Of a stretch of 64,000 bases of DNA, positions 35,543-44,889 are shown piece by piece (position 1 is the stretch's first letter; each line of letters opens with the position of its first letter). The translations under genes were made by a program, and so were the position numbers. The notes below the pieces were generated by a model, which ran no database searches, was not told where the DNA came from, and was given only the letters and a program-made list of their open reading frames with translations. The stretch is from Abditibacterium sp. (GTDB lineage: Bacteria > Armatimonadota > Abditibacteriia > Abditibacteriales > Abditibacteriaceae): assembly GCA_965246885.1 (NCBI GenBank), contig OZ251992.1:1088001-1152000 (forward strand). The letters run 5' to 3'.

Positions 35543-37525
35543 CTATCCGGCCAGCAGCCGCGCGGCTTGGCGCTCGGCGTCGCGGGCTTGGCGACAGTTT
35601 TGGGCGAGCGTGTCGAGCGCGGCGGGGTTCTGGTCGAGACGCGCGGCGTCAACGGACAGGGCGGTTTGGCTCGCGGCTTCGAGGGCTTGGGCGCTTTGCT
35701 CGAAAGCGTCGGCGGCTTCGTCCAAGCGCAAGTTGCGGTTGCTGAGGGCGGCGACGCGGCACCAACTGGCGGCTTGGCGGCGCTTGGCAATCCAGTCGCG
35801 GGCGGGCGCGTTCCAAAAAGGCCAGAGGGTTTGGGCGCGCGCCAGTTGCAAGCGCGGGGCAGGCAGGGCGGGCGCCGGGGTAGGCGAAGGAGTTGCCGGG
35901 GTAGGCGAACTGTCGGGCGAGGCCGCGTTGTCGTCCGTCCGGGCAAGCGGTTCAAAGGTCGGGGGCGGTGCTTCGGTCGGCTGGGCAGGCGGGAGCAGTG
36001 CCGGGGCGCGCGCTTCGGTCGCCGCCTCAGACAAGGTTTGCGCCCAGAAATCGAGGGCGCGGGCGCTTAGAAGCTGCGTGTCGCTTCCGCTTTGGAGCAG
36101 CAAATTCGCGGCGCGCTTGGCGGTGCGCGCGATGGGGACGGCTTCTTTGAGCGGCGCGAGTTGCCAGATGAAGGTCGGCGGGCCGTCGGCTATGGGCGGC
36201 GGCGTTTGTCCCGGCTTGGCGGTCGGCGCGGGCGTCGGGGTCAGCGAGGGGTTGGCGAGCGCCTTGCCTTCGGGCACGAGCGCGACGAGCGTATACGCTT
36301 TGCCCCAAGGCGACGCGGTGTTCCACGACTTCGCCCACGTCTTGGCGGCAAGGGTGTCGAACTGGGCGCCCCGGTTCTGGAGCATGACTTCGCCGCGCTC
36401 CGAGTCGTAGCCAACGGCCAAGCTCCACATCGGTTTGCCGTCGTTTTGCCAGCACACGAGCGGCAAGCGGGCGGCGTCGAGGTCGTCCTGCAAGTCGCGC
36501 AGCGCCTCGTCTTCGCGCCCGCCGCTTTTGATGGACACGCGATAGCCCGCCGCGCTCGCCACATTTTGCCATGCGTCGGCGCCCGCGTCCACGACTTCGC
36601 CCGGTTTGTCGAGGTCGAGGCCCGCGTAAAACGGCGCGAGCGAGTAGCCTTCGAGCAGCGCCCCGTCGCCCGACAGCCCGCGCGCCGCGAGCGCCAAGCG
36701 GAGCGCGTTCCACAGCGCCCCCTCGTCACTCCCCCCCGCCGCTTGTTGGTCGGGGAGTGGCGCGATGTCGAGCCAAACGCGGCGCGTCGGCAAGCGCCCC
36801 TGCGAGTCGGCGTAAGCGAGCAGGCCCAACCGTTGGCGCGCTTCCGAGGCCCACTCCGACGCCGGGAAAACCGAAATCACGCGGTTATAAGCGCGGCTCG
36901 CCCAGTCGCGCTTGTGGAAGACCGTCTCGTAGCACATGCCCAGAAAATACTGGGCCTCGGACGCAACTCCGGCGCTGTGCGCCCAATGGCGCAAAACGTC
37001 TTGCAGCCATAGCTGGGCGTTTTTGCCGTCGCCATCATCAATGGCGAGCCGCGCCAATTTCACGAGCGCATCGGCACCAATCTCCGAACTCCGCCCGTTG
37101 CTTTGCAGAATCTGCCGATAAATCCGCCGCGCCAAGGGGCGGTCGTCGAGTTCCTCCGCCGCAACCGCTCCCGCGTTTTGCAAGCAGATGAGCGCGGACG
37201 AGTCGCGCGGGTAAGTTTGCGCCATGCGCAAATAGGCTTCGACGCCGTGCCGTAGCGCGCCGTCGTCGTTGGTTTGCCGCCCTTGCGCGACCAGCAACTC
37301 CGCTTCGCGCATCAGGGCGCGCGGCGCGTAACTCGATTCGGGGTGCCGCGAGGCGATGAGGTCATACGCTTCGACCGCGCGCGCCGTTTGCCCCGACGCT
37401 TCAAGGCGCTGCGCTTTGAAGAACACGTTGCCAACGGGGTCGGGCGTGAGTATTAAACGGAGGAAAATCGCCAAGGAAAGGACGATGGCGAGCGACCCGA
37501 AAACGCGCGCAAGGGAACGAGGCAT
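35543..37525 (-). CDS. Membrane-anchored TPR (BamD/YbgF-like) protein with a papain/C39-like region
   Basis: N-terminal TM; TPRs (HPESSYAPRAL, YPRDSSA, FPASEWASEA); DLDAARLPLV...SLAVGYD...VMLQN. Confidence 0.7.
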   Translation of the reverse strand: MPRSLARVFGSLAIVLSLAIFLRLILTPDPVGNVFFKAQRLEASGQTARAVEAYDLIASRHPESSYAPRALMREAELLVAQGRQTNDDGALRHGVEAYLRMAQTYPRDSSALICLQNAGAVAAEELDDRPLARRIYRQILQSNGRSSEIGADALVKLARLAIDDGDGKNAQLWLQDVLRHWAHSAGVASEAQYFLGMCYETVFHKRDWASRAYNRVISVFPASEWASEARQRLGLLAYADSQGRLPTRRVWLDIAPLPDQQAAGGSDEGALWNALRLALAARGLSGDGALLEGYSLAPFYAGLDLDKPGEVVDAGADAWQNVASAAGYRVSIKSGGREDEALRDLQDDLDAARLPLVCWQNDGKPMWSLAVGYDSERGEVMLQNRGAQFDTLAAKTWAKSWNTASPWGKAYTLVALVPEGKALANPSLTPTPAPTAKPGQTPPPIADGPPTFIWQLAPLKEAVPIARTAKRAANLLLQSGSDTQLLSARALDFWAQTLSEAATEARAPALLPPAQPTEAPPPTFEPLARTDDNAASPDSSPTPATPSPTPAPALPAPRLQLARAQTLWPFWNAPARDWIAKRRQAASWCRVAALSNRNLRLDEAADAFEQSAQALEAASQTALSVDAARLDQNPAALDTLAQNCRQARDAERQAARLLAG

Positions 37526-37550
37526 GGGGGGAAGTTTGGGGGAAAACGAA

Positions 37551-37578
37551 AAAAGCGGCCCCGTCGCCGAGGCCGCTT
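37551..37578 (-). terminator. Terminator-like hairpin after ndh
   Basis: AAGCGGCC...GGCCGCTT with a T-run on the minus strand. Confidence 0.55.
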
Positions 37579-37598
37579 GCGTATTCCTTCGTCCTCGC

Positions 37599-38993
37599 TT
37601 ACGCCGAGGCTTCCATCTTCTCCGTCTTCACGTCGCGGGTGCCGGTGAGGACGCGGGCGCCCCGGTCTTTGTTGACCGAGTTCCACAGCCAGTTGAAAAT
37701 CGAAACCCACCGGTTGCGCCAGCCTTCGAGGAACATGACGTGAACGAGCAACCACATCACCCACGCGGGCGCTTTGGTGAGGCTGTTCTGGCCGAGCTTA
37801 ATCGGGATGGGAAGCGTCAAACCGGGCAGGGCCATCTTGTCGGCGGACACAATCGCGGCGCCGCGCCCGACGATTGCCATCGAGCCTTTGTCGAAGTAAG
37901 AGAACTTCGTCAGCCCGCCGCCCGAAGCGCCGGACGCGAGGACGATAATGTTCTCCGCCGCCTTTTTGCCCATCTGAATGGCGACTTGGGCCACCATCGG
38001 ATAGGCCATCGTGCGGTCGCCCCACTTGAAGCCTTCGAGATACGCCATGTCGCCGATGATGAACACTTCGGGATGCTCTTCCAGTTGCAAGTATTCGTTG
38101 ACCGGCACGCGCATGCCGCGCTGGAGCTTTACGTCTATCTTGTCGGCGAGCAGGGCGCCGCGCACGCCCGCCGCCCAGATGACGGTTTCGGCGGGGAGCT
38201 TTTCGCCGTCTTTGAAATTGATGGCGCCGTCGCTGACGGAATCCACCGGCTTGGAAACGAGAATCTGCACGCCCTTCTTTTCGAGGGTGCTCTTGACCGA
38301 GCGCTGCAAGTCGTTGGGCGGCGCGTCGGGCGCGGCGCCGGGAGTGGAAAAGGGCAGAAGTATCTTGGGCGTGGCCTCGATCATCACGACTTTGGCCTCG
38401 TTCATGTCGAGGTTGGGGAAGTCCTTGCGGAAGTCGTGCTTGAACAGTTCGGCATAAGCGCCCGCCAACTCGACGCCCGTCGGCCCTCCGCCGACAATGG
38501 CGACGGTCATGAGCGCCTTGCGCTTTTGCGGGTCGGCTTCGTGATTGGCCTTCTCAAAGGCGGCGAGGACTTGGTTGCGGATCTGCTCGGCCTCGTCCAC
38601 GTCTTTCATCGAGAAGGTCTTTTCGGCGAGCGCGTCGTTGCCAAAGTAGAACTGCGCGCTGCCCGCCGCCATCACGAGGTAATCGTAATCAATCGGGTCG
38701 GCGTTCTCGACGAGCACCTTTTTGTTCGCGTAATCTACGCCGGTCACGGTGCCCAGTTGGAAGTCCACGTTCTTATAAGGGCGAATCAGGCCGCGAATGG
38801 GGTAGGCGATCGAAGCCGAGTCAAGGCCGCCGGTAGCGACCTGATACAAGAGCGGCCAAAAGCCGTGATAGTTGTTGCGGTCAACCAGCAGGACATCCAC
38901 CTGTTTGTTGCCGAGCGTGCGCATGACGCTGAGTCCGCCGAAGCCGGAGCCGACGATGACCACCTTGGGCCGTTTGGAACGAGATTGAGCCAT
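37599..38993 (-). CDS. ndh: Type II NADH dehydrogenase
   Basis: VVIVGSGFGG, PLLYQVATG, IVGGGPTGVELAG, IWAAGV, FIIGD, AQVAIQMG, DKGSMAIVGR. Confidence 0.93.
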   Translation of the reverse strand: MAQSRSKRPKVVIVGSGFGGLSVMRTLGNKQVDVLLVDRNNYHGFWPLLYQVATGGLDSASIAYPIRGLIRPYKNVDFQLGTVTGVDYANKKVLVENADPIDYDYLVMAAGSAQFYFGNDALAEKTFSMKDVDEAEQIRNQVLAAFEKANHEADPQKRKALMTVAIVGGGPTGVELAGAYAELFKHDFRKDFPNLDMNEAKVVMIEATPKILLPFSTPGAAPDAPPNDLQRSVKSTLEKKGVQILVSKPVDSVSDGAINFKDGEKLPAETVIWAAGVRGALLADKIDVKLQRGMRVPVNEYLQLEEHPEVFIIGDMAYLEGFKWGDRTMAYPMVAQVAIQMGKKAAENIIVLASGASGGGLTKFSYFDKGSMAIVGRGAAIVSADKMALPGLTLPIPIKLGQNSLTKAPAWVMWLLVHVMFLEGWRNRWVSIFNWLWNSVNKDRGARVLTGTRDVKTEKMEASA

Positions 38994-39094
38994 AGAGAAT
39001 GTGCTATTCCTTAGAAAGAGTACGGCAATTACCGCGTCTTGTGAATTTTATCACAAGCCCCACCGCGCGCGTCTTGCCACGTCACACTGCGGGA

Positions 39095-39892
39095 GTGCAA
39101 TTTTCTCCGGCGGCGCTTTGGGAGCAGGCGTTCGCTTACAACCCCCTCGCCGATACGCTGCGCGGCAATGTGGACTTGATGCGCGTGCGCCGCGCGAGCG
39201 TGTCGAGCGTGGATGCGCGCGGCGAGTGGGAGATCGCGCTTCTGCACGGGTGGCACTCGTTGTATGCGCCGATGCGCCACCTCGAAGCGGAACTGCGCGG
39301 GCGGGTGCCGACAGCGCGTCTGTGGCGCGTGTCCTATGATTCGCACTGGAAGCCGTTCCCGCAGTCGGCGCGCGAGGTGTCGGCGCGCTTGCGCGCGGCG
39401 GGGGCATTGCCAGAGCGGACGGTGCTGGTCGGCTACTCTATGGGCGGCGTCGTGGCGCGTTCGATGGTGGCGCAGGGCTTCGACGCGAGGGCGGTTGTCT
39501 GCTTGTGTTCGCCGCATCTTGGCCCCGCGCTGCACATTCCCTTTGGCGATGTCGGCAGTTTCTCGCTTCAGCCCCCGGCGGGTTACATTCCGCAACTCAA
39601 CGCCGACCCGCGCGACCGCGCGCGGCGCGGGAACTACTTCTTCCAGTCAGTCACCTTCCGCGACGCCTTGGGCGAGTATCGACACGACCGCATCGTGTCG
39701 CAGCGCAGCGCGCGCGGGCAGGGCTTGGGCGTATCCAATCACGCCAATACGCATCTGACCTTCCAAGGCATCGCGCCCGGCCCGCTCCCGCATTTGGGCG
39801 GGATGAACCCGCACCACGTGCCGCACGCCTTGGCGTTTATTGAGGAGCGTTTAGGGGAGCGCAGGCCGTCCGTACCCGTCCCCTCTTTGTAA
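39095..39892 (+). CDS. Alpha/beta-hydrolase (start uncertain)
   Basis: LLHGW, VGYSMGG nucleophile elbow, SPHLG, HDRIVS. Confidence 0.8.
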   Translation: MQFSPAALWEQAFAYNPLADTLRGNVDLMRVRRASVSSVDARGEWEIALLHGWHSLYAPMRHLEAELRGRVPTARLWRVSYDSHWKPFPQSAREVSARLRAAGALPERTVLVGYSMGGVVARSMVAQGFDARAVVCLCSPHLGPALHIPFGDVGSFSLQPPAGYIPQLNADPRDRARRGNYFFQSVTFRDALGEYRHDRIVSQRSARGQGLGVSNHANTHLTFQGIAPGPLPHLGGMNPHHVPHALAFIEERLGERRPSVPVPSL

Positions 39893-39906
39893 AAGAGGGG
39901 ACGGGT
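39874..39906. terminator. 15-bp stem hairpin between convergent genes
   Basis: ACCCGTCCCCTCTTT-GTA-AAAGAGGGGACGGGT. Confidence 0.65.
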
Positions 39907-39907
39907 T

Positions 39908-41611
39908 TTAGCCCACCGCGTACACCACCGTCGTCCCGTCCCGCGACTGCCCGGTATAGATGGGCCGCAAGCCCAACTCCCCCGCCGTCGAGTGTCCGCC
40001 CGCCAGTTGCCGCTCGAACGGCGACTCCACCACGAAGCCGATACGGTTGTCCCTCAAAAACGCGCGCGCCTCGCTCGGCGCCAGTTGGCCCGCGTAAAAG
40101 CGCGCTTCCACGCCCATCTTGCGGTTCACATGTAGCGTCTCGGCCCAGTGGCCCGTATACGTGAACAACCCCGTCGCGCGCGGAATATAAGAGCCAAGGA
40201 GCGGCGTACACAGCACTGCTTGCTCTTTGTGCCCCGCGCTGGCCTCGCGCAGCGCCAGTAATGCCCCCGCGTCCGCGTCCGACAGCGAGTAGGGCGGCAT
40301 CCAATACTGCAAACGGCTCACGTTGTTCTCGGCGAAGTTGGCGTACGTCCACAGCCAGAACATCAGGGGCGATAGCGTGAGCACCCCCACCACAAGCGGC
40401 GCCAACACCTTGCGAGCAGGCAGCGCCGCCAAACCCGCACCCGCGAACACCAGCAAGGGAATCTGCAACCCTTCCAGCATCTTGCGCGCGAACGAGAACA
40501 AGTAGATCGGCTCCATCTGTTGCCGGGGGTGGTTGACAAAGAGCGCTTCAAACAGGAGCGCCGGGTGCTTGGGCGCGTACACGCACAGCAACACGCTCGC
40601 GGCATAAAGCCATAGCCACAGCGAACTGCCCGCGACCCACTTCGTCCGGCGCCCCGCTATCGCCAGCAGCAAAAGCGGCGCGAACGTCGTCGCAATCGCC
40701 CAAATCACGGGCGGCGAGGTCGCGGTCAGCGCCTTGACGCGGAACTCCGGCGAGCCGCGAAACACAATCGCCTGATACGCGACGGGAATGAGTAGCCCCA
40801 TCACGACCGCCCCCACCACGCGCAACTTCTTCGGCGCCACTTCGCGCCGCGCCAATGCCCACCCCGCGCCCAACACGCACGTCAAGAGGAGCGGCAGGGC
40901 GTCGTAGGTGTGGATGTTGGCCAACACAAGCGCCGCCACGAACGCCTTTGCCGGCCCCCGGTTCTCCAAGAGGGCGCACAGTAGAAAGCACAGCAGGGCA
41001 AACGACGCGATATTGAGCGGGTAAATCAGCGCCGACAACAGCGCGAAGGCTTCGGGCACCGTCACGAAGCCCATCTGCGGATGGTCGAGGAAAATCACCT
41101 TGCCGATTAACCCCGGAAACGCGATATACAGCAAGCCACCGCCCGTCGTGAGAGTGGCGAGCGCGAGCGCCCCCAACCGCGCGTTTTCGCGTTCCGGCAA
41201 CCCGCCCGTCGCGGCGACGAGCAATTTATGCAACTGATGCACGAACAACCCCGCGAACGCGGCGCGCGCGATGTGATACCATACCACCACGTCCAGCCCC
41301 GTCAAGCGCGCCATCCAACCGACGGCAAGCGCGAACAAGTTGAAGAAAAGCGGGCGGTCGCGCGATACCAACCCTTCGGTCGTGAACAGGTCGCGGATGA
41401 ATAGCGCGCCGCCTTGCGCTTGTTTGGCCCACATCAGATGCACGTTCTGGTCATCGGCGGAAAAGAACAGTCCGCCCCACACCATTCCCGGCGGCGTAAT
41501 CAGCGCGCACCACAAGTAAGGCAGCGACACCAGCAACACGAACGCCACGAGCAGCGTCTGCCCCCAACGGATTTCGCGCTTGGATAAAGGAGGCGACAAA
41601 GGATCAGTCAT
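39908..41611 (-). CDS. Polytopic membrane protein (possible GT-C-like)
   Basis: Many TM segments; DDQNVH..WAKQ...LFTTE, IHTYD, GHWAET. Confidence 0.7.
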   Translation of the reverse strand: MTDPLSPPLSKREIRWGQTLLVAFVLLVSLPYLWCALITPPGMVWGGLFFSADDQNVHLMWAKQAQGGALFIRDLFTTEGLVSRDRPLFFNLFALAVGWMARLTGLDVVVWYHIARAAFAGLFVHQLHKLLVAATGGLPERENARLGALALATLTTGGGLLYIAFPGLIGKVIFLDHPQMGFVTVPEAFALLSALIYPLNIASFALLCFLLCALLENRGPAKAFVAALVLANIHTYDALPLLLTCVLGAGWALARREVAPKKLRVVGAVVMGLLIPVAYQAIVFRGSPEFRVKALTATSPPVIWAIATTFAPLLLLAIAGRRTKWVAGSSLWLWLYAASVLLCVYAPKHPALLFEALFVNHPRQQMEPIYLFSFARKMLEGLQIPLLVFAGAGLAALPARKVLAPLVVGVLTLSPLMFWLWTYANFAENNVSRLQYWMPPYSLSDADAGALLALREASAGHKEQAVLCTPLLGSYIPRATGLFTYTGHWAETLHVNRKMGVEARFYAGQLAPSEARAFLRDNRIGFVVESPFERQLAGGHSTAGELGLRPIYTGQSRDGTTVVYAVG

Positions 41612-41682
41612 CGGGCGCAGTGTACGGGGGTTGTTTCTCCCGTAATATCCCCATTGCGCGCAAACTGTCGCCCACCAACATC

Positions 41683-42075
41683 ATGGCCCGCAAAAACACG
41701 CCCGAACCCGAAGACGCCGAAGACCTCCCGCCCGACTCCGACGACGAAACGCCCTCGCTCACGGTGCGCTTGGCGCGCGTGGTGCGCACGCCTTCCAGCG
41801 AGGTGTACCTGCTCTGGGAGGACGACGCGCGCGTGGGGCAAGTGGACTTGCACTTTGGCCCCGACCTAATTCACGCCACCTTGATACTTGAACGCGAACT
41901 CTCATCCGAGCAACAAGCGGACTTGGTTGACCAGATAGATCAGGAAATCGTGTCGTCGCACCTGCCGCGTTTTGGGCGCGAGGATTTTCTCGTCACGGTT
42001 TTTCAGGGCCGCGAATTGGAGCCATTCTCGGACGGCCCCGAAGACGATGACTTCGACGAAGACGACGAGTATTAA
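41683..42075 (+). CDS. Acidic hypothetical protein
   Basis: Host-like codon usage; RVVRTPSSEVYLL...VGQVDLHF. Confidence 0.7.
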   Translation: MARKNTPEPEDAEDLPPDSDDETPSLTVRLARVVRTPSSEVYLLWEDDARVGQVDLHFGPDLIHATLILERELSSEQQADLVDQIDQEIVSSHLPRFGREDFLVTVFQGRELEPFSDGPEDDDFDEDDEY

Positions 42076-42089
42076 AGACGACCACCGCC

Positions 42090-42242
42090 GTCTGTCACTG
42101 ATTCCCAGACGTCTGTCGCCGGATGACAGAGGTCTGTCGGCGAGCGGCGGACGTCGGTCACTGATTCCCGGATGTCTGTTGGCGAGTCCCGGATGTCTGT
42201 TGGCGAGTCCCGGATGTCTGTCATCCGGCGACAGACGTCTCC
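42090..42242. repeat. Intergenic 21-bp-period array (8 units) with 24-bp perfect inverted repeat
   Basis: GTCTGT-like core at 42090, 42111, 42132, 42153, 42174, 42195, 42216, 42237; 42107-42130 is the reverse complement of 42217-42240. Confidence 0.9.
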
Positions 42243-42263
42243 CGTCTTCCTACACTCTCCTCT

Positions 42264-42818
42264 ATGTGGCCTTGGAGCAAGTCGAGCGAAGAAACGCCCG
42301 CCAACAAAAACGTGCGCGCCGATTTGCTGTGGAAGCAGGGCAACCGCTATCTCGCGCGCGACCGCATTGACCGCGCCCTCGCGTCCTTTGAGGAAGCCCT
42401 CGCCATCGAACCGACGCGCTTGGAAGGGCGCCTCAATCTGGGCGCCGCGCTTTACCTCGCCAAGCGCCCCGAAGAAGCCTTGCCGCATTTGCAATACGTG
42501 TTGGCACTAGAACCACAAAACACCGCCGCCCTGCTTAATATCGCGGCGGTGTATGATGCTCTGGGTCGCTTGGACGAGTCCGTCGCCGCCTTGGAATCTC
42601 TGGTCGGCTCGCGCCCCAAGTGGGCCGACGCCAACTATAACCTCGCCATCGCCTACGTCAAGCAAAAGCGCTACGACGACGCGACCCTCGCCCTGCGCCG
42701 CGAACTGGAACTCAACCCCAAACACGAAGCCGCGCGCACCCTGCTGAACGACGTGCATCTCAAGCCGCGCCCGCGCCCCGAAGCCAGTCCCCTCCCCGAC
42801 GGGGACGGCGCCCCATAA
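42264..42818 (+). CDS. TPR protein
   Basis: Tandem TPR consensus (ALASFEEALAIEP, NLGAALY, ANYNLAIAY, ELELNP). Confidence 0.85.
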   Translation: MWPWSKSSEETPANKNVRADLLWKQGNRYLARDRIDRALASFEEALAIEPTRLEGRLNLGAALYLAKRPEEALPHLQYVLALEPQNTAALLNIAAVYDALGRLDESVAALESLVGSRPKWADANYNLAIAYVKQKRYDDATLALRRELELNPKHEAARTLLNDVHLKPRPRPEASPLPDGDGAP

Positions 42819-42927
42819 AGGCAACGCCCTGCGATTCGTATTAACACTCGCACTTGGGCGCCCGATGCTTTAACCTTTAACAGCGCTTTTCGTGTTTCGA
42901 CGCGAGGAACCGCTCTTTTTTCCGCCT

Positions 42928-44427
42928 ATGATCGCTCTTTTGCCGTTGGATGACCGGCCTTGTAACACGCGCTTTGTGGCGCAAATCGCGGCCATTGGCG
43001 CCGACACGCTCACTTTGCCCCCCGCCAAATCGCTGGGCCGCTTCAACGTCGCGGGCGACTTCGACGCCCTGCGCGACTGGCTCGAAGCCCTCCCGGAAGT
43101 GTCCGCACTCATTGTATCGGTGGACATGCTGGCCTATGGAGGCTTGGTCGCGTCGCGTAAGACGGTAACTGACCTCGCAACGGCGCTGGAGCGATTGGAG
43201 ATTTTGCGCGCGTGGCGCGCGAAGCGGCCCGATGTGCCGGTGTATGCGTTCAACGTCCTGATGAGGCTGGCAGTCACGATGGATTCGGACGAAGCCATCG
43301 CGCACTATTACAACGTGATGAAGTGGGCGCGCCTGAGCGACGAAGCGGTGCGCTTTCCGACCGACGCGAACCGGGCCGAGTTGGACGCGGTGCGGGCGCT
43401 CATACCCGACGCCATCGTCGCCTCGTACCTTGCCGCGCGCCGCCGCAACCATGAGGTCAACCTGCGCATGATTGACTGGCTCCATGAAGGAGTGTTCGAT
43501 TATTTGCTGGTAACTCAGGAGGATTGCACCGAGTTTGGCTTGCACCGCCGCGAGCAGGAGGAGCTACTTTCGCGCGCGTCGCAACTGGGCGCACGCGCCC
43601 AGTTTACCCTGCATCCGGGAGCCGATGAAGCCGCCTTGACGCTTCTGGCCCGTCATTGGAACGAGCATGTTTCCTTTTGTGTGACGTGGTCGAGCGAAGC
43701 GCGCAAGCGCGACATCGCCGTGTTTGAAGACGTGCCGTACGAGGATGCCCTCGCCTCGCACATCGCTGCGACGGGTGGACGCTTGGTGAGGTCGGGCGCC
43801 AAAGGCGAAGCGGCGGACGTGCATCTGTTTGTCAACGCGCCCGTCGGCGGTTCGCAAAAGGACGAGACCGAGGACTCCCGCGCCGCCCGTCGGAAGGAGT
43901 TTAGCGAGCAGTTTTTGCCCGCCCTGCGCGCCGCTTTGGACGCCGGGGAGCGCGTGGCGCTGTGCGATGTCGCCTTTCCCAACGGCGCCGATGAAACGTT
44001 GATGGGCGCGGTCGGCGCTCTTGAGGGCGACATTTGGGCGCGCTTGCTCGCGTATGGCGGTTGGAACACGGCGGGCAACACGACGGGCACCATCCTCGCG
44101 GGGTGCGCCGCCGTTGTGCGAGCCAAACGCGCGGGCGCCGACACGGACGCGCTCAACCGCGACTTTTTGTTCGAGCGCCTCCTCGACGACTGGTTTTATC
44201 AGGCCGACCTGCGCGCCCGCTTGGAAAAGCAGGCGCGCGCCGCCGGGTTTTCGCCGCTCAACATGAACGGTCACGCGGCTCAAATCGAGGAGTCCGCGCG
44301 CCACGAAATCAGTCGCTTCGCCCGCCAACTCGCGCGAACGGAGTTCGGGGCGCAGGTGTGTGACCTCGAAGTCGCCCTTCCTTGGAATCGCACTTTTGAA
44401 GTCAGCGTCGGAGCGCGGTTGGGGTGA
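42928..44427 (+). CDS. DUF4127-family protein
   Basis: IALLPLDDRPCN, SVDMLAYGGLVASR, HPGADE, DVAFPNGAD, YGGWNTAGNT.G, LPWNRTFEV. Confidence 0.8.
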   Translation: MIALLPLDDRPCNTRFVAQIAAIGADTLTLPPAKSLGRFNVAGDFDALRDWLEALPEVSALIVSVDMLAYGGLVASRKTVTDLATALERLEILRAWRAKRPDVPVYAFNVLMRLAVTMDSDEAIAHYYNVMKWARLSDEAVRFPTDANRAELDAVRALIPDAIVASYLAARRRNHEVNLRMIDWLHEGVFDYLLVTQEDCTEFGLHRREQEELLSRASQLGARAQFTLHPGADEAALTLLARHWNEHVSFCVTWSSEARKRDIAVFEDVPYEDALASHIAATGGRLVRSGAKGEAADVHLFVNAPVGGSQKDETEDSRAARRKEFSEQFLPALRAALDAGERVALCDVAFPNGADETLMGAVGALEGDIWARLLAYGGWNTAGNTTGTILAGCAAVVRAKRAGADTDALNRDFLFERLLDDWFYQADLRARLEKQARAAGFSPLNMNGHAAQIEESARHEISRFARQLARTEFGAQVCDLEVALPWNRTFEVSVGARLG

Positions 44428-44450
44428 GGAGGGCGTAAACAGCCCCCGAA

Positions 44451-44843
44451 TCAACCGCGCGCTTCCATGAGCGCGATGAGTTGCTCGTTTTGCGCTTCTA
44501 GTTTGGCGTTGTGCGCCAAGATTTGCGTGTTGAAATCGGCAGGCGTGGCGCCCATGCCCAAGCGGGTGCGGGCGTGGTTGACGGCTTTGACGATCAAGAA
44601 GACCGCGAAGGCGATAATCAAGAACGAGAAGATGGTGTTGATGAAATGGCCGATAAGGAAAGGGCCAGCTTGGTAGGCGTCGAAGTTAACACCGGAGTTC
44701 TTTGTGGCGAGCGAGATGATGGGCGTGATCAAGTCTTTGACGAGCGCCTTCACGAGTTCGCCGAACGCGGCGCCGATGACAACCGCGACGGCAAGGTCTA
44801 CAACGTTGCCTTTGTTGATGAATTCTTGAAACTCTTTAATCAT
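44451..44843 (-). CDS. mscL: Large-conductance mechanosensitive channel
   Basis: MIKEFQEFINKGNVVDLAVAVVIGAAF..LV..LV.DLITP, FLIIAFAVF. Confidence 0.92.
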   Translation of the reverse strand: MIKEFQEFINKGNVVDLAVAVVIGAAFGELVKALVKDLITPIISLATKNSGVNFDAYQAGPFLIGHFINTIFSFLIIAFAVFLIVKAVNHARTRLGMGATPADFNTQILAHNAKLEAQNEQLIALMEARG

Positions 44844-44889
44844 GGTAGTGTATTCCCAGAGGGAACTCCTCCATTTTAGCGCATTACAT

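Noticed and set aside
34268..35955. Long ORFs 34268-35524 (+) and 35251-35955 (-) with heptad repeats
   Set aside because: They are antisense or alternate frames of topoisomerase IB and the TPR gene running through the 21-bp array; no independent start signals
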